From Bifidobacteriaceae bacterium (lineage in GTDB: Bacteria > Actinomycetota > Actinomycetes > Actinomycetales > WQXJ01), in assembly GCA_031278675.1 (NCBI GenBank), contig JAITJY010000318.1:1-33676 (forward strand): a stretch of DNA of 33,676 nt, in the 5' to 3' direction. The notes beneath the pieces were generated by a model. That model had not been told where the DNA came from, made no database searches, and saw only the letters and a program-made list of their open reading frames with translations. Every line of letters begins with the position of its first letter. Within the stretch, counting starts at the first letter, position 1. The translations under genes and the position numbers were made by a program. Shown one piece after another: positions 14,474-23,164 of this stretch.

Positions 14474-15739
14474 TCAGGCCGACTGCCTAGCGTCGTAGCG
14501 TTTGGCTAGCCCGAGGCCACCGAGCCAATAGATAAGGTAATGCAGCGCCTGAGCGATGGCGAAGGTCCAACACGCGGCGATCGCGGCCATCTGCGTGGCG
14601 TAGATGATAGCGGCCGCGGAGCCGATTATCGCCAATCGGATGCCCGCCATCGCCATCGCGGCCGGCGACTGGAGCAGCGTGTAGATCTGGCTGAGGGGCG
14701 AGCCCACCAGAGCAGCGGCCGCGGAGACGGCCAATGCTTGCGCAAAGTAGCCACAGGCTTGCCAGTCCTCCCCCAGCACTATTGGGCAGAGCCACGGCCC
14801 CAGTGTGATCACGGCTGTCGCGGTCGCGGTTCCGCAAGCCGCCAACGCCAGGGAGAGCCGCAGGTAATAGGGGGTTATCCGGCCGGTTCCTTCGCGCATT
14901 CGGCTGGCTGTTTCGGCGACAAAGACGCGAGCCACAGCCTCGCCCACAACCGCCAGTGGCAGCAAGACCACGCGTTGTGCCACGCTCATCTCGCCCGTGA
15001 GCGAGGCCCCGAACCACGCGGCGAAGAAGATGATCGGTAGCTGGCGCGACAGGTCGTTGATCAGAGTGGATGGCGTCATTATGGCGGGCATGCGCCAGAA
15101 TTCGCGCAGTGCTTGCTTGTATCCACCAAGGCGCGTTCCGCGCAAGAGCGGGCGGACAACTCGGAGTAGCGGGAGGAACCCGAACGCTCGACCGACCACG
15201 TTGGCGCCGATCAAACCGGTGGCGGAAGGGGAGAGCGCGGCCGCGCCCAATTGGGCGCAAGCGACCGCGGTGGCCTGAACCGGAACCCGTTGGGCTACTA
15301 CCCGATAAGCCTTGTAGCGCAGCGCGGCCTGGGTCAGCGTGCTGAACCCGCTGCCGAGCACCACGGTGGCGCCGGCCCAGAGCGGGGCGAACGGGATGCC
15401 GTCCCAGCCGACCGAGTCGCTCAGCGCCTGTATCAGTGCCATAGCCGCAGCGACCAAGATGCCGCTGGCGACCCCGGCCGCTAGAGCGAGCCGTGTCAGC
15501 CGCCGCGCCGTGTCTTCGGCTGCGGGGATGACGAGCGCCGCGTCGAGCTTGAGCGCCGCGCTGGGTGTCACCGCGGTCGCGACCGCCGTCACGACGGCGT
15601 AGCCGCCGAACGCCGCGGTGGGATAAAGGCGGCTCAGTATCGGCGTCACGCCGAGCACGATTAGCTGGCCGGCAATAGTGCCGCCGCCGATCGCCGCCAC
15701 GCCGCGGACGGATCTTGGCAGCTTGCGCCAAACGTTCAC
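14474..15739 (-). CDS. wzx: Polysaccharide flippase (Wzx / MOP-family, RfbX-like)
   Basis: 421 aa, highly hydrophobic, with an estimated 12 or so TM segments. N-terminal GGGTIAGQLIVLGVTPILSRLYPTAAFGGYAV is typical of Wzx/polysaccharide biosynthesis proteins. GTG start. It sits within the glycosyltransferase cluster. Confidence 0.75.
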   Translation of the reverse strand: MNVWRKLPRSVRGVAAIGGGTIAGQLIVLGVTPILSRLYPTAAFGGYAVVTAVATAVTPSAALKLDAALVIPAAEDTARRLTRLALAAGVASGILVAAAMALIQALSDSVGWDGIPFAPLWAGATVVLGSGFSTLTQAALRYKAYRVVAQRVPVQATAVACAQLGAAALSPSATGLIGANVVGRAFGFLPLLRVVRPLLRGTRLGGYKQALREFWRMPAIMTPSTLINDLSRQLPIIFFAAWFGASLTGEMSVAQRVVLLPLAVVGEAVARVFVAETASRMREGTGRITPYYLRLSLALAACGTATATAVITLGPWLCPIVLGEDWQACGYFAQALAVSAAAALVGSPLSQIYTLLQSPAAMAMAGIRLAIIGSAAAIIYATQMAAIAACWTFAIAQALHYLIYWLGGLGLAKRYDARQSA

Positions 15740-15902
15740 GGTGATCGCCGCCTGGCGCCTACCCGCCTACTTGCTCGATGCCGTGCTGGAACACTCAGCA
15801 GACTCTTCACGCTGCGCTGAGGGATCTCGTGGGGATCGAGGCACAGTGAAATTTGACTCAACTTCAAAAGGTCCCCATCCCCTAGTGGTCCAATACTTCC
15901 GG

Positions 15903-17075
15903 TCATGCCGCCGCGCGACGCTCCAGTGCTCGGTAGAACTCGAGCAGCACTGCTTCTTGGGACTCCCAGTTGTATTCCCGTCGCACAGCCGCCGCACCCC
16001 GCTCACCCATGGCTTTTGCTTCGGCGCGATCGGCGACGAGTTGGCGGAGCGCCGCGGTCAGCGCGTTTAGGTCGCCCGGCGGCACCAGGATGCCAGTGCC
16101 GAGGCCTTCCACGATCGGCTTGTAAATCTCAAAGTCGGTCATGACTAGCGGCAGGCCGAGCATCATCACCTCGAATGGCTTCACGATTCGCAGCACTCCA
16201 GCGTGGCCCGCCATGTTATCCCGGTAGTTGAGCAGAGCTACGCCCGCGTCGCAGCCCGCCAACAGCCGAATCGCCTCGGAATGCGGGACGCGGCCGACGT
16301 ATTCGACCCTGTCCCAGGCCGGGAGTTGCTTCAGCTCGTCAAGGTAAGCGTCTGTTCCAGAGCCTCCGAGAACGAGCTTCGTCTCAGGGATGGCCTCCAT
16401 CGCCTGCAGCAAGACGTGCAGGTTGTAGAACGGCTTTATCCCGCCCATGAATCCGATCTTGAACTCCGCCGGATCCTTCGGCCGCGATCCATCGGCGCAG
16501 GCAGTCGTTGCAGGGGGGGCCCATTCCGGCCGTGGGTAGTTCGTCACCGTCACGCAGTTCGGGTTGATGGCGGAAAGCTTCTCCGTCAGGTCCGGCCCGG
16601 CGGCGATCACGCCGTCGAACCTGGGCAGTGCCAGCTCCTGAAGCTTGCGGGCAGCGAACATGAGCGCTTGCCTGATGGGTCGCGGTATCCACTTGAGTTC
16701 GCCGGCGTATACAAAGAAGTCCTCATGGGAGTCGAAGACGACTTTCGCGCCGCGTCGTCGCAGCAGCAGGCCGACCGGGATCAAGAGGAGATCGTGGAAG
16801 TGGAAGACGTCGGCCTTGACCTTCATTGCGACTCGAGCCGCCCGCGCCGGCATCACGGTGTACACGTAGGCGAACTGGGCCAGCTTGGAGATGCTGGAGC
16901 GTGTCGGGATCTCCCGCAATTTGATCCCGCGCAAGACCACGCCATCGGCCATCCCGTCTTCGCCCCGTGCGATCAATGCGACCTGGTGGCCCGCGCGGCG
17001 TAGCGAGACGCACTCCTTGCCGAAGACCCGCTGGTCGTAGAGTTGGTGCGAGTGCGTGACGTGGCAGACTCTCAT
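15903..17075 (-). CDS. Glycosyltransferase family 4 (GT-B, group 1)
   Basis: The C-terminal GT1/GT4 signature is present: LVLGGSGTDAYLDELK, VEYVGRVPHSE, FEVMMLGLPLVMTD, GILVPPGD. The start is placed at ATG 17075 (MRVCHVTHS...), which forms an ATGA overlap with the stop of the upstream GT (17072-17075). The track start is 17090. Confidence 0.85.
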   Translation of the reverse strand: MRVCHVTHSHQLYDQRVFGKECVSLRRAGHQVALIARGEDGMADGVVLRGIKLREIPTRSSISKLAQFAYVYTVMPARAARVAMKVKADVFHFHDLLLIPVGLLLRRRGAKVVFDSHEDFFVYAGELKWIPRPIRQALMFAARKLQELALPRFDGVIAAGPDLTEKLSAINPNCVTVTNYPRPEWAPPATTACADGSRPKDPAEFKIGFMGGIKPFYNLHVLLQAMEAIPETKLVLGGSGTDAYLDELKQLPAWDRVEYVGRVPHSEAIRLLAGCDAGVALLNYRDNMAGHAGVLRIVKPFEVMMLGLPLVMTDFEIYKPIVEGLGTGILVPPGDLNALTAALRQLVADRAEAKAMGERGAAAVRREYNWESQEAVLLEFYRALERRAAA

Positions 17076-18232
17076 AGTTCTCCAGTCCATTCGTTGATCG
17101 CGGCGACAATCGGCGCCATGGTGACGCTGATGTCCATCTTGGTCTCAGCGAACGCTCTGAGCGTCTGCGCGGCGGTCAGAGCGCCCCGGCGCTCGATCGC
17201 GTCCCAGAAGCGGAGCACGCCCGCCACGTCCAGGGGCTCTTCGTTGGCTGGCGCGTCGAAAATGAAATCGCTGCAGGCGGTGCTGAGGGCTCCGAGCCTG
17301 ATCGAGGTCACGATCGGCAGGCCGCGGGCCGCGTACTCTCGAGTCTTGAGTGTCGTGACGTCGCTCATGCCGCGCCGGTGCAGGCCAAGCGACGCCACCG
17401 CGACGTCTGCGCGGTCAAAGGCTCTGTCCAACGCCGCGCCCAACAGCCGACCGCTGAACTGGACGCGCGCGGTCAAACCCTGATCGGTCGCAAGCTTGCG
17501 GTACCTCGTCAACTCGGGACCGTCGCCGACGAGTTCTAGGACTATATCGCGCGTGCCGTTCTCCCTGTAGTAAGTGGCGAGTCCATCGATGGCGCGATCG
17601 AATCCATGCCAGGGCATCATCGACCCAACGGCCAGTAACCGCACCGGACCGCTCGTGCTGGGGTTGACGGCCGCGAGGGGAACAGTGCTGACGTCGATGC
17701 CGTTCTCTATGCGGATTGTGGGCACTCCGTGGATCTCGGTGTGCGTGCTGTAAGTCGCGAACCGGTCGACGAACGGGGCGATTCGCGGCTCCCACTTGCT
17801 CGTCTTGTTGTTCCAAGCTCGCAAGTGCAGCGGCAGAGACGCTGAAGGCATCTCCGTCGGGTAATCAGGGAACTCTATGATCACGAACGCCTTAGGGCTG
17901 TTCTGTTTAAGCGCGCGCAGAAAGTTCACCAGCTGGCGGTCGGCTCCAGGATAGCGAGCGAACACGAAGTCCAGGCCGGTGTGACGCGAGTCGTAGCGCA
18001 AGCGATAATTGTAGGGAAAAAGCGGAAGCGCCTTTAGCGCACGTGTCACAGCTAGGCTTTGGTGGGCGAGGCGCAGATCCAACTCGACAACGAAATGTTG
18101 GCGTAGAGCCTTCATTTGGGCACGGACTTTCTTTCCCACCCCGGCCGAGGCCCTCGACTTGAAGACATTTGGAGCGGCGATGAACACTCCCCGGGGCCGG
18201 GTCCTCGGGGTGGACCGTCCCACGTCGTTCAA
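17072..18232 (-). CDS. Glycosyltransferase (GT-B, group 1-like)
   Basis: LLAVGSMMPWHGFDRAIDGL, LELVGDGPELTRYRKLA, VQFSGRL and TLKTREYAARGLPIV resemble group-1 glycosyltransferases of capsule/EPS loci. The start is TTG 18232 or GTG 18223. The internal ATG 18115 would remove a probable first strand (GVFIAAPNVF). Confidence 0.75.
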   Translation of the reverse strand: MNDVGRSTPRTRPRGVFIAAPNVFKSRASAGVGKKVRAQMKALRQHFVVELDLRLAHQSLAVTRALKALPLFPYNYRLRYDSRHTGLDFVFARYPGADRQLVNFLRALKQNSPKAFVIIEFPDYPTEMPSASLPLHLRAWNNKTSKWEPRIAPFVDRFATYSTHTEIHGVPTIRIENGIDVSTVPLAAVNPSTSGPVRLLAVGSMMPWHGFDRAIDGLATYYRENGTRDIVLELVGDGPELTRYRKLATDQGLTARVQFSGRLLGAALDRAFDRADVAVASLGLHRRGMSDVTTLKTREYAARGLPIVTSIRLGALSTACSDFIFDAPANEEPLDVAGVLRFWDAIERRGALTAAQTLRAFAETKMDISVTMAPIVAAINEWTGEL

Positions 18233-18454
18233 GTCAGAGCGCTCCCGATTCTTCTAGCGGCCCCGCGCGTTGGGCCGGCCTCGCGCCGCTCGCGAGCCAC
18301 ACTAGGCTACCATCAGCAGAAGCGGGCCCGGGGCTGCGTGTCCGTGCTAGCCTCTCTGTCTGTGTTCGCGCTCTCCGGAACTGGGTGGCGCAGGCCGTCA
18401 GGCGGAGCGACGGCCGCGCTGCGGCGATGGGCAAGGCGCTCAGGGGGCCGCGCG

Positions 18455-19759
18455 TTGAGCCGGCCGGAGGCGGCACGAGCGGCCGATGGGCCATTGGTAT
18501 TCGCGTTTTGCGCGCTGCTTTACCAGCCGCTGATCACATTGATGCTTATCCCCATGATTGGCGAGATCCCGGCCGTGGTTGTCGCCTATGGGTTCTCGGC
18601 CGCCTGCCTCCTAGCGGCGGCCCCTGTGGCCCTGCGCCGGACACCAGTCGCATTGCTGAGCATTCCCTCGGTGGTGTTGGCTGTCTTCGTCGGGGTCACG
18701 CTGTCGGGCGGCGCGCTGGCGCCGGTGGGCGCAGAAGCGGCCGTGAGAGTGGCTGCTGCTGGCATATGGCTCTTCCTCCTTGCTGCGCTGATCGAGGACT
18801 ACGGATTGCTGTGGCGATGGCTGGTTCGGGCGTCGGCCATGGCGGTCGCCTTGAGCACAGCCGCGATGGCTGTGGGCCTATTTGGCACGCTTTTTGCGAC
18901 GACATCCGAAAACATGGTGGGCAGTTACGCACTGTTGCCCGCGGGTTGCGTCTTCGTGGAGGCATTCCTGCGGCGGCCGTCGGCTCGAATGGCCTTGGCT
19001 CTCGCCCTGGCGACGATTGGCGCCGTCGGCTTCGGGGCGCGCGGCCCAGCCGGGGTCCTGATGGGCTTTTTCGCCATTCGGGTGGTGTCACTTTGGCGAT
19101 GGAAACGGCTGCTCATCGTCGCCGGGGCTGTGGCGGCTGGTGCGGGAGTCCTCTGTCTGGCGGCCGCGCGGGGCGGCTTCACCAGGTTCGCGAGCGCGGC
19201 GCTCGAACATCTTGGGATGAGTCCGCGAGTGCTGACCTACTTTGGCCGCGGCGCCCTGCTGGATGGGCGCGGTCGCGGCGAGATCGCACAAGCGGCGCTG
19301 GACGCGATTTGGCAGCATCCATTCGGTGTCGGTCCGCTGGCTGATCGGGCGCGAATCGGTGATCGCGTCGCGTTTGAGGGGCTCGAAGAGGGAGCGATTG
19401 TCGGCTTGTACCCGCACAACATTGTGTTGGAGGTGATTCTACAATGGGGGATTGCTGGAGGGTCGCTATTGCTCGTCGCCTTGGTCTTGTTGATCCGCGC
19501 CGCTTTTCGCCGGCGGCCAGCGGCTGGCCCGACATTGTGGGTGGGGATCGGGTTTGGTCTGATGCCTCTGTTCGTCTCTGGTTCCTATCTCACCTATAGC
19601 GGCTTCTGGGCGTTGTTGGGCCTGAGCCTCGGAGCGACTGGCAAGTTCAAGAGCACGCAGTTAGGGTTCTCGGGTCTCCTTGACGCCCAAGAGTCGGTTG
19701 GCCGGCGGGTACACGGCACTACAGTGAAGCCAGGACGCGCTGGTATTCGGCGCGCATGA
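18455..19759 (+). CDS. wzy: O-antigen polymerase/ligase family membrane protein (Wzy-like)
   Basis: Polytopic membrane protein with a Wzy_C-type motif (YPHNIVLEVILQWGIAGGSLLL). The start is uncertain. The track ORF begins at 18116 but overlaps the divergent GT. I chose TTG 18455, preceded by GGGGG 7 nt upstream. Alternatives are GTG 18344 and ATG 18542. Confidence 0.65.
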   Translation: MSRPEAARAADGPLVFAFCALLYQPLITLMLIPMIGEIPAVVVAYGFSAACLLAAAPVALRRTPVALLSIPSVVLAVFVGVTLSGGALAPVGAEAAVRVAAAGIWLFLLAALIEDYGLLWRWLVRASAMAVALSTAAMAVGLFGTLFATTSENMVGSYALLPAGCVFVEAFLRRPSARMALALALATIGAVGFGARGPAGVLMGFFAIRVVSLWRWKRLLIVAGAVAAGAGVLCLAAARGGFTRFASAALEHLGMSPRVLTYFGRGALLDGRGRGEIAQAALDAIWQHPFGVGPLADRARIGDRVAFEGLEEGAIVGLYPHNIVLEVILQWGIAGGSLLLVALVLLIRAAFRRRPAAGPTLWVGIGFGLMPLFVSGSYLTYSGFWALLGLSLGATGKFKSTQLGFSGLLDAQESVGRRVHGTTVKPGRAGIRRA

Positions 19760-20888
19760 TCCGATCGGTGGCCTCGTTGTCGAACTTGGCGGCCAGGGTT
19801 CGGTTGTGGTCAGCGATCTGGGCGCGTTCGGAGGGCTTCACGGCCAGTAGCTGAGCGATGCCGCGGGCGAGTTCGTCAGGGTCTAGGGGATCGCGGAGGA
19901 GGCAGCCTGACTCCCCGCCGTCCATATACTCACGGGGACCGGACAGATCCGAGGCGATCAACGGCAGCCCGGCGGCCATCGCTTCCAAGCCGAACATGCC
20001 GAGGCCCTCGCGCAGGGAGGGGAAGACGGCGACATCGGCTAAGGCGAGGAAGGGGCGGATGTCAGAGCGGAAGCCGGCGAGTGTGACTCGATCACTCAAC
20101 CCCAGCTCTGTGGCCAACATCTTGAGGTTCTCCTGCTCGGGGCCTGTGCCGCACACCACGAAATGCGCGCCGACCCCCTCAAGGCGCGCCAGCGCCCGGA
20201 TGACAGTGGCATGGTTCTTGCGGCGGGTGAGTTCGCCGATGGACAAGACCACGTCGGCTCCCGGTGGGATGCCTAATTCGCGCCGGAGCTGATCCAGCGC
20301 GGCGCGCTGCGTCTCAGCCTGGAAACTCTTCCAGTCGATCCCCACGCCGGGAATCTGCACGACGCGTTGCGGGTGCATCCGCCGCCGCGCCAAGTTCGCG
20401 TCCTCGGAGTTGATTGTGAATAACACATCCGTACGGCGCGACAAGCCCGCCTCGATCGGGAAGAAGGCGAGCCAATCCCGCCGCGGGCCGCCTTGGAAGA
20501 ACTGGAACCCGTGCGCGGTGTAGAGGACTCGACTCATCTTCCCCGCTAACGCGACCCGTGCCAGCACCGACGCCGCGGGCTGGTGGGTGTGCAGAACATC
20601 GAACCGCTCCCGGCGTTGGAGTTCGCGTAATTCGCGGACTACCCGCACGGCGCCTTGGACGGTGCCAGTCCGTCGCTCAAAACTCACGTGATGGCGTGCG
20701 ACACCCATCGCCTTGAGATCGCGCCCGAGTTCGCGTAGCGCCGCCGAACCGACCACATCGTCGTTGCGGAGGTTGGTGGCGACGGCCACGTCGCAGCCGA
20801 GGCTTAGCAAGATGGCGATGTTGCGCATGTTGAAAAGCCGAATCATCGACGGTGTGCCTGTGGACATCAACACGCGCGGTGGTCTCAT
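19719..20888 (-). CDS. Glycosyltransferase family 4
   Basis: VVLSIGELTRRKNHATVIRAL, FVVCGTGPEQENLK, VTLAGFRSD, FPSLREGLGMFGLEAMAAGLPLIASD. ATG 20888 is preceded by GGAG with a 6-nt spacer. The track start is GTG 20915. Confidence 0.85.
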   Translation of the reverse strand: MRPPRVLMSTGTPSMIRLFNMRNIAILLSLGCDVAVATNLRNDDVVGSAALRELGRDLKAMGVARHHVSFERRTGTVQGAVRVVRELRELQRRERFDVLHTHQPAASVLARVALAGKMSRVLYTAHGFQFFQGGPRRDWLAFFPIEAGLSRRTDVLFTINSEDANLARRRMHPQRVVQIPGVGIDWKSFQAETQRAALDQLRRELGIPPGADVVLSIGELTRRKNHATVIRALARLEGVGAHFVVCGTGPEQENLKMLATELGLSDRVTLAGFRSDIRPFLALADVAVFPSLREGLGMFGLEAMAAGLPLIASDLSGPREYMDGGESGCLLRDPLDPDELARGIAQLLAVKPSERAQIADHNRTLAAKFDNEATDRIMRAEYQRVLASL

Positions 20889-21069
20889 CGTGCGCTCCAA
20901 CTGTTGGCTGCCCACCCGTTGACGGGCTGGAGCCCGGGCGAGAGCGACGGCACGGTGCCGCTTGGTTCAGGCATTGGTCTTCTCCTCATGGGACTTGGAT
21001 TCTTCAGCCGGGCGATTGGCCGTGGCAGACTGCCAGGCGCTATCACGCCACGGTGGGGTGTGGCGGCCA

Positions 21070-23094
21070 TCAACATGCGCGGGAGCGTCTCAGGACTTCG
21101 ACAATTCCGGTCGAAGACGCGGGCGGTTCCAAGACGGTGGCGGCGGGGTCTTGTCCCTGACCGAACCAGGCCAATTCGACTCGTCGGACCGGGCCGGCCA
21201 ACTCGGCGGCGACCCGCCCGGCAAGCTTGCCCACCCCAACAACGGCCCGGCAGATGCCGGCGGGCAAGAGCCTGGGGCGGCGGCCGCCGGCAAGGAACAA
21301 GACGTCGGAGACCGATAGCCCCTCCCAAGGTTGCAACAAGACAGGCGGTATCGGTTCTCTGGTCGCTCCCGCGGCGTAGATGAATCCGGCCAAGCCCGAA
21401 ACGCTGCTCACCGCGGTGGGCTGCGTGCCCGGCCGCGCGACGGCCGCCAGCAACGGCGACCGGGCGAGGCGGGCGAGGCGTTCCGTCTCTGCCCTGCCTT
21501 CGCCCTGCACACGAGTCGCCCGGACTATGACGACGTCGGGGCGGCCGCAGCCTGGCCGGGCGGCTGTGAACCCCGCCAGCAGCGACAACTCCCCAAGGGC
21601 CTTGGAACGCGAGTAGGGAGAGAAAGGTCTCAGATTCATCGTCGCGTCGATCGTCCGGCGTGGACCTTGCACGGCGACGGTGCTGATGTGGACCACCCGC
21701 GTCACGGCGGCGTCAGCGGCCGCCCATGCGACCACAGCTGGTAGAAGCGAGTTGGCGCCGTACAACTCGGGGTTGGCGGCGCTGTCCGGCGCCGCCAACC
21801 CCGCTGCGTTGACCACCACGTCTGCGCCCGCAAAGGCTTCGGCCAAGGATTGCCGGGCTTCTAAGGTCGCAGCCAGGCGGCTCACCGCCGCGCCATCATG
21901 CGCGCGGGGCGTCAGCTCGAGCCGTGGGGCGGGCACCGCGACCACTTGGTGGCCGTGCTGCTCGAGGAGCGATCTCACGGCTCGGCCCACGAATCCCCCC
22001 GCTCCCACAACGGCCCAGACCACAGGGCGGAACTCGGCGCGCGGCGGCAATGGGTCCAGCGCTCCGGCCGCGGTCAACGGGACAGGCGTGGCGGGAGGCA
22101 TGCGGCACCCGACCGCGCGGGGCAACGCGACGTAGAGGGCCATCAGACCCGCCACCAGAGCTGCGCCGACGCCGGCCGAGACGCGGCCCGTGGCTGTCAG
22201 CAGCCCCATGGCGCTGGCTGCGAGCGTGAACAGACCAACCGTCGCGGTCGCGCCGATGTGTGACCCGAATCGCTGCGCCAGCCTTTGATAGGCGTACATG
22301 CGGTGGGCGGCGAAGAGCGGCTCCCGGCGCGCCGAGCGCCAAACTAGGGTCACCATGACGTCCGCGAGGTAGATAGAGACCGGCGCCGCGAGCGCCAGCC
22401 ATGGCGCGCCGGCGAAAACGGCGCCTAGCGCGGTCACCGCCAAGGCGCCGCCCAGAGCATAGGAGCCCACGTCTCCGAGGAATCCACCGGGCGGGATCAG
22501 ATTCCATGGCAAGAAAGCCGCGAACGCCGCGGCGACCAACATGCCGGTGAAGGTCAACCAAGGCATGTCGGCGAGGGAGCCAACGACCGCGTAGGCGGCG
22601 CCGATCAACAGGCCATGGAGACCTGAGATGCCGTTGATGCCGTCCATGAAGTTGACACAGTTGACGTAAGTCACAAAAGCTGTCGCCGCGATCACCGCCG
22701 CCCACCAGGGAAAGGAGAACCAACGGCCCAGGAACCATACCGCGCCCACGCTCAACGCCGCCTGGACGGCGAGTCGGCGGAACACACTGAGTCCAGCTGG
22801 CGCTAGGTCATCGGCCAAACCCAGCAGCCCCGACGCGGTCCCCGCGCCGACGACCAAGGCCACAACGCCAGTTCGGGCGCCTGTCGCGTCAAGCGCGAAT
22901 CCCACGGACCAGCCGGTGACGATCGCGAATAGCTGACAAATCCCTAGGCCCCGGACGGTCGGCGCGGCATGGGAAGAGCGGTCATTCGGAATGTCAAGCA
23001 CTTCGTGTCGCGCCAACAGTGGCCTGACGGCGTAGGGGGTGAGCAACGCCACGCCGAAGCCAGCGGCGACAGCGGTCCAGCCGGTCCCTAACAA
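21070..23094 (-). CDS. Fusion of polyprenyl-phosphate HexNAc-1-phosphate transferase (WecA/MraY family) and NAD-dependent epimerase/dehydratase (SDR) domain
   Basis: The N-terminal half has LDIPNDRSSHAAPTVRGLGI and VNCVNFMDGINGISG (WecA/MraY signatures) plus multiple TM segments. The C-terminal half has VVGAGGFVGRAV (Rossmann GxxGxxG) and SPYSRSK (YxxxK). The start is uncertain. TTG 23094 (LLGTGWTAV...) avoids overlap with the upstream gene. The track start at 23325 overlaps it by 161 nt. Confidence 0.75.
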   Translation of the reverse strand: MLGTGWTAVAAGFGVALLTPYAVRPLLARHEVLDIPNDRSSHAAPTVRGLGICQLFAIVTGWSVGFALDATGARTGVVALVVGAGTASGLLGLADDLAPAGLSVFRRLAVQAALSVGAVWFLGRWFSFPWWAAVIAATAFVTYVNCVNFMDGINGISGLHGLLIGAAYAVVGSLADMPWLTFTGMLVAAAFAAFLPWNLIPPGGFLGDVGSYALGGALAVTALGAVFAGAPWLALAAPVSIYLADVMVTLVWRSARREPLFAAHRMYAYQRLAQRFGSHIGATATVGLFTLAASAMGLLTATGRVSAGVGAALVAGLMALYVALPRAVGCRMPPATPVPLTAAGALDPLPPRAEFRPVVWAVVGAGGFVGRAVRSLLEQHGHQVVAVPAPRLELTPRAHDGAAVSRLAATLEARQSLAEAFAGADVVVNAAGLAAPDSAANPELYGANSLLPAVVAWAAADAAVTRVVHISTVAVQGPRRTIDATMNLRPFSPYSRSKALGELSLLAGFTAARPGCGRPDVVIVRATRVQGEGRAETERLARLARSPLLAAVARPGTQPTAVSSVSGLAGFIYAAGATREPIPPVLLQPWEGLSVSDVLFLAGGRRPRLLPAGICRAVVGVGKLAGRVAAELAGPVRRVELAWFGQGQDPAATVLEPPASSTGIVEVLRRSRAC

Positions 23095-23164
23095 GCCGTG
23101 TCCCCGGTCATCCGATCCAACCCGGAGGGGTCTTGGCCGGTCAGAGCGGCGCGCGGCGAACGCC

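Noticed and set aside
14487-15731. 414-aa alternative-frame ORF overlapping the wzx gene on the same strand
   Set aside because: The translation is an Arg/Gly/Asp-rich hydrophilic protein. The other frame gives a coherent polytopic flippase.
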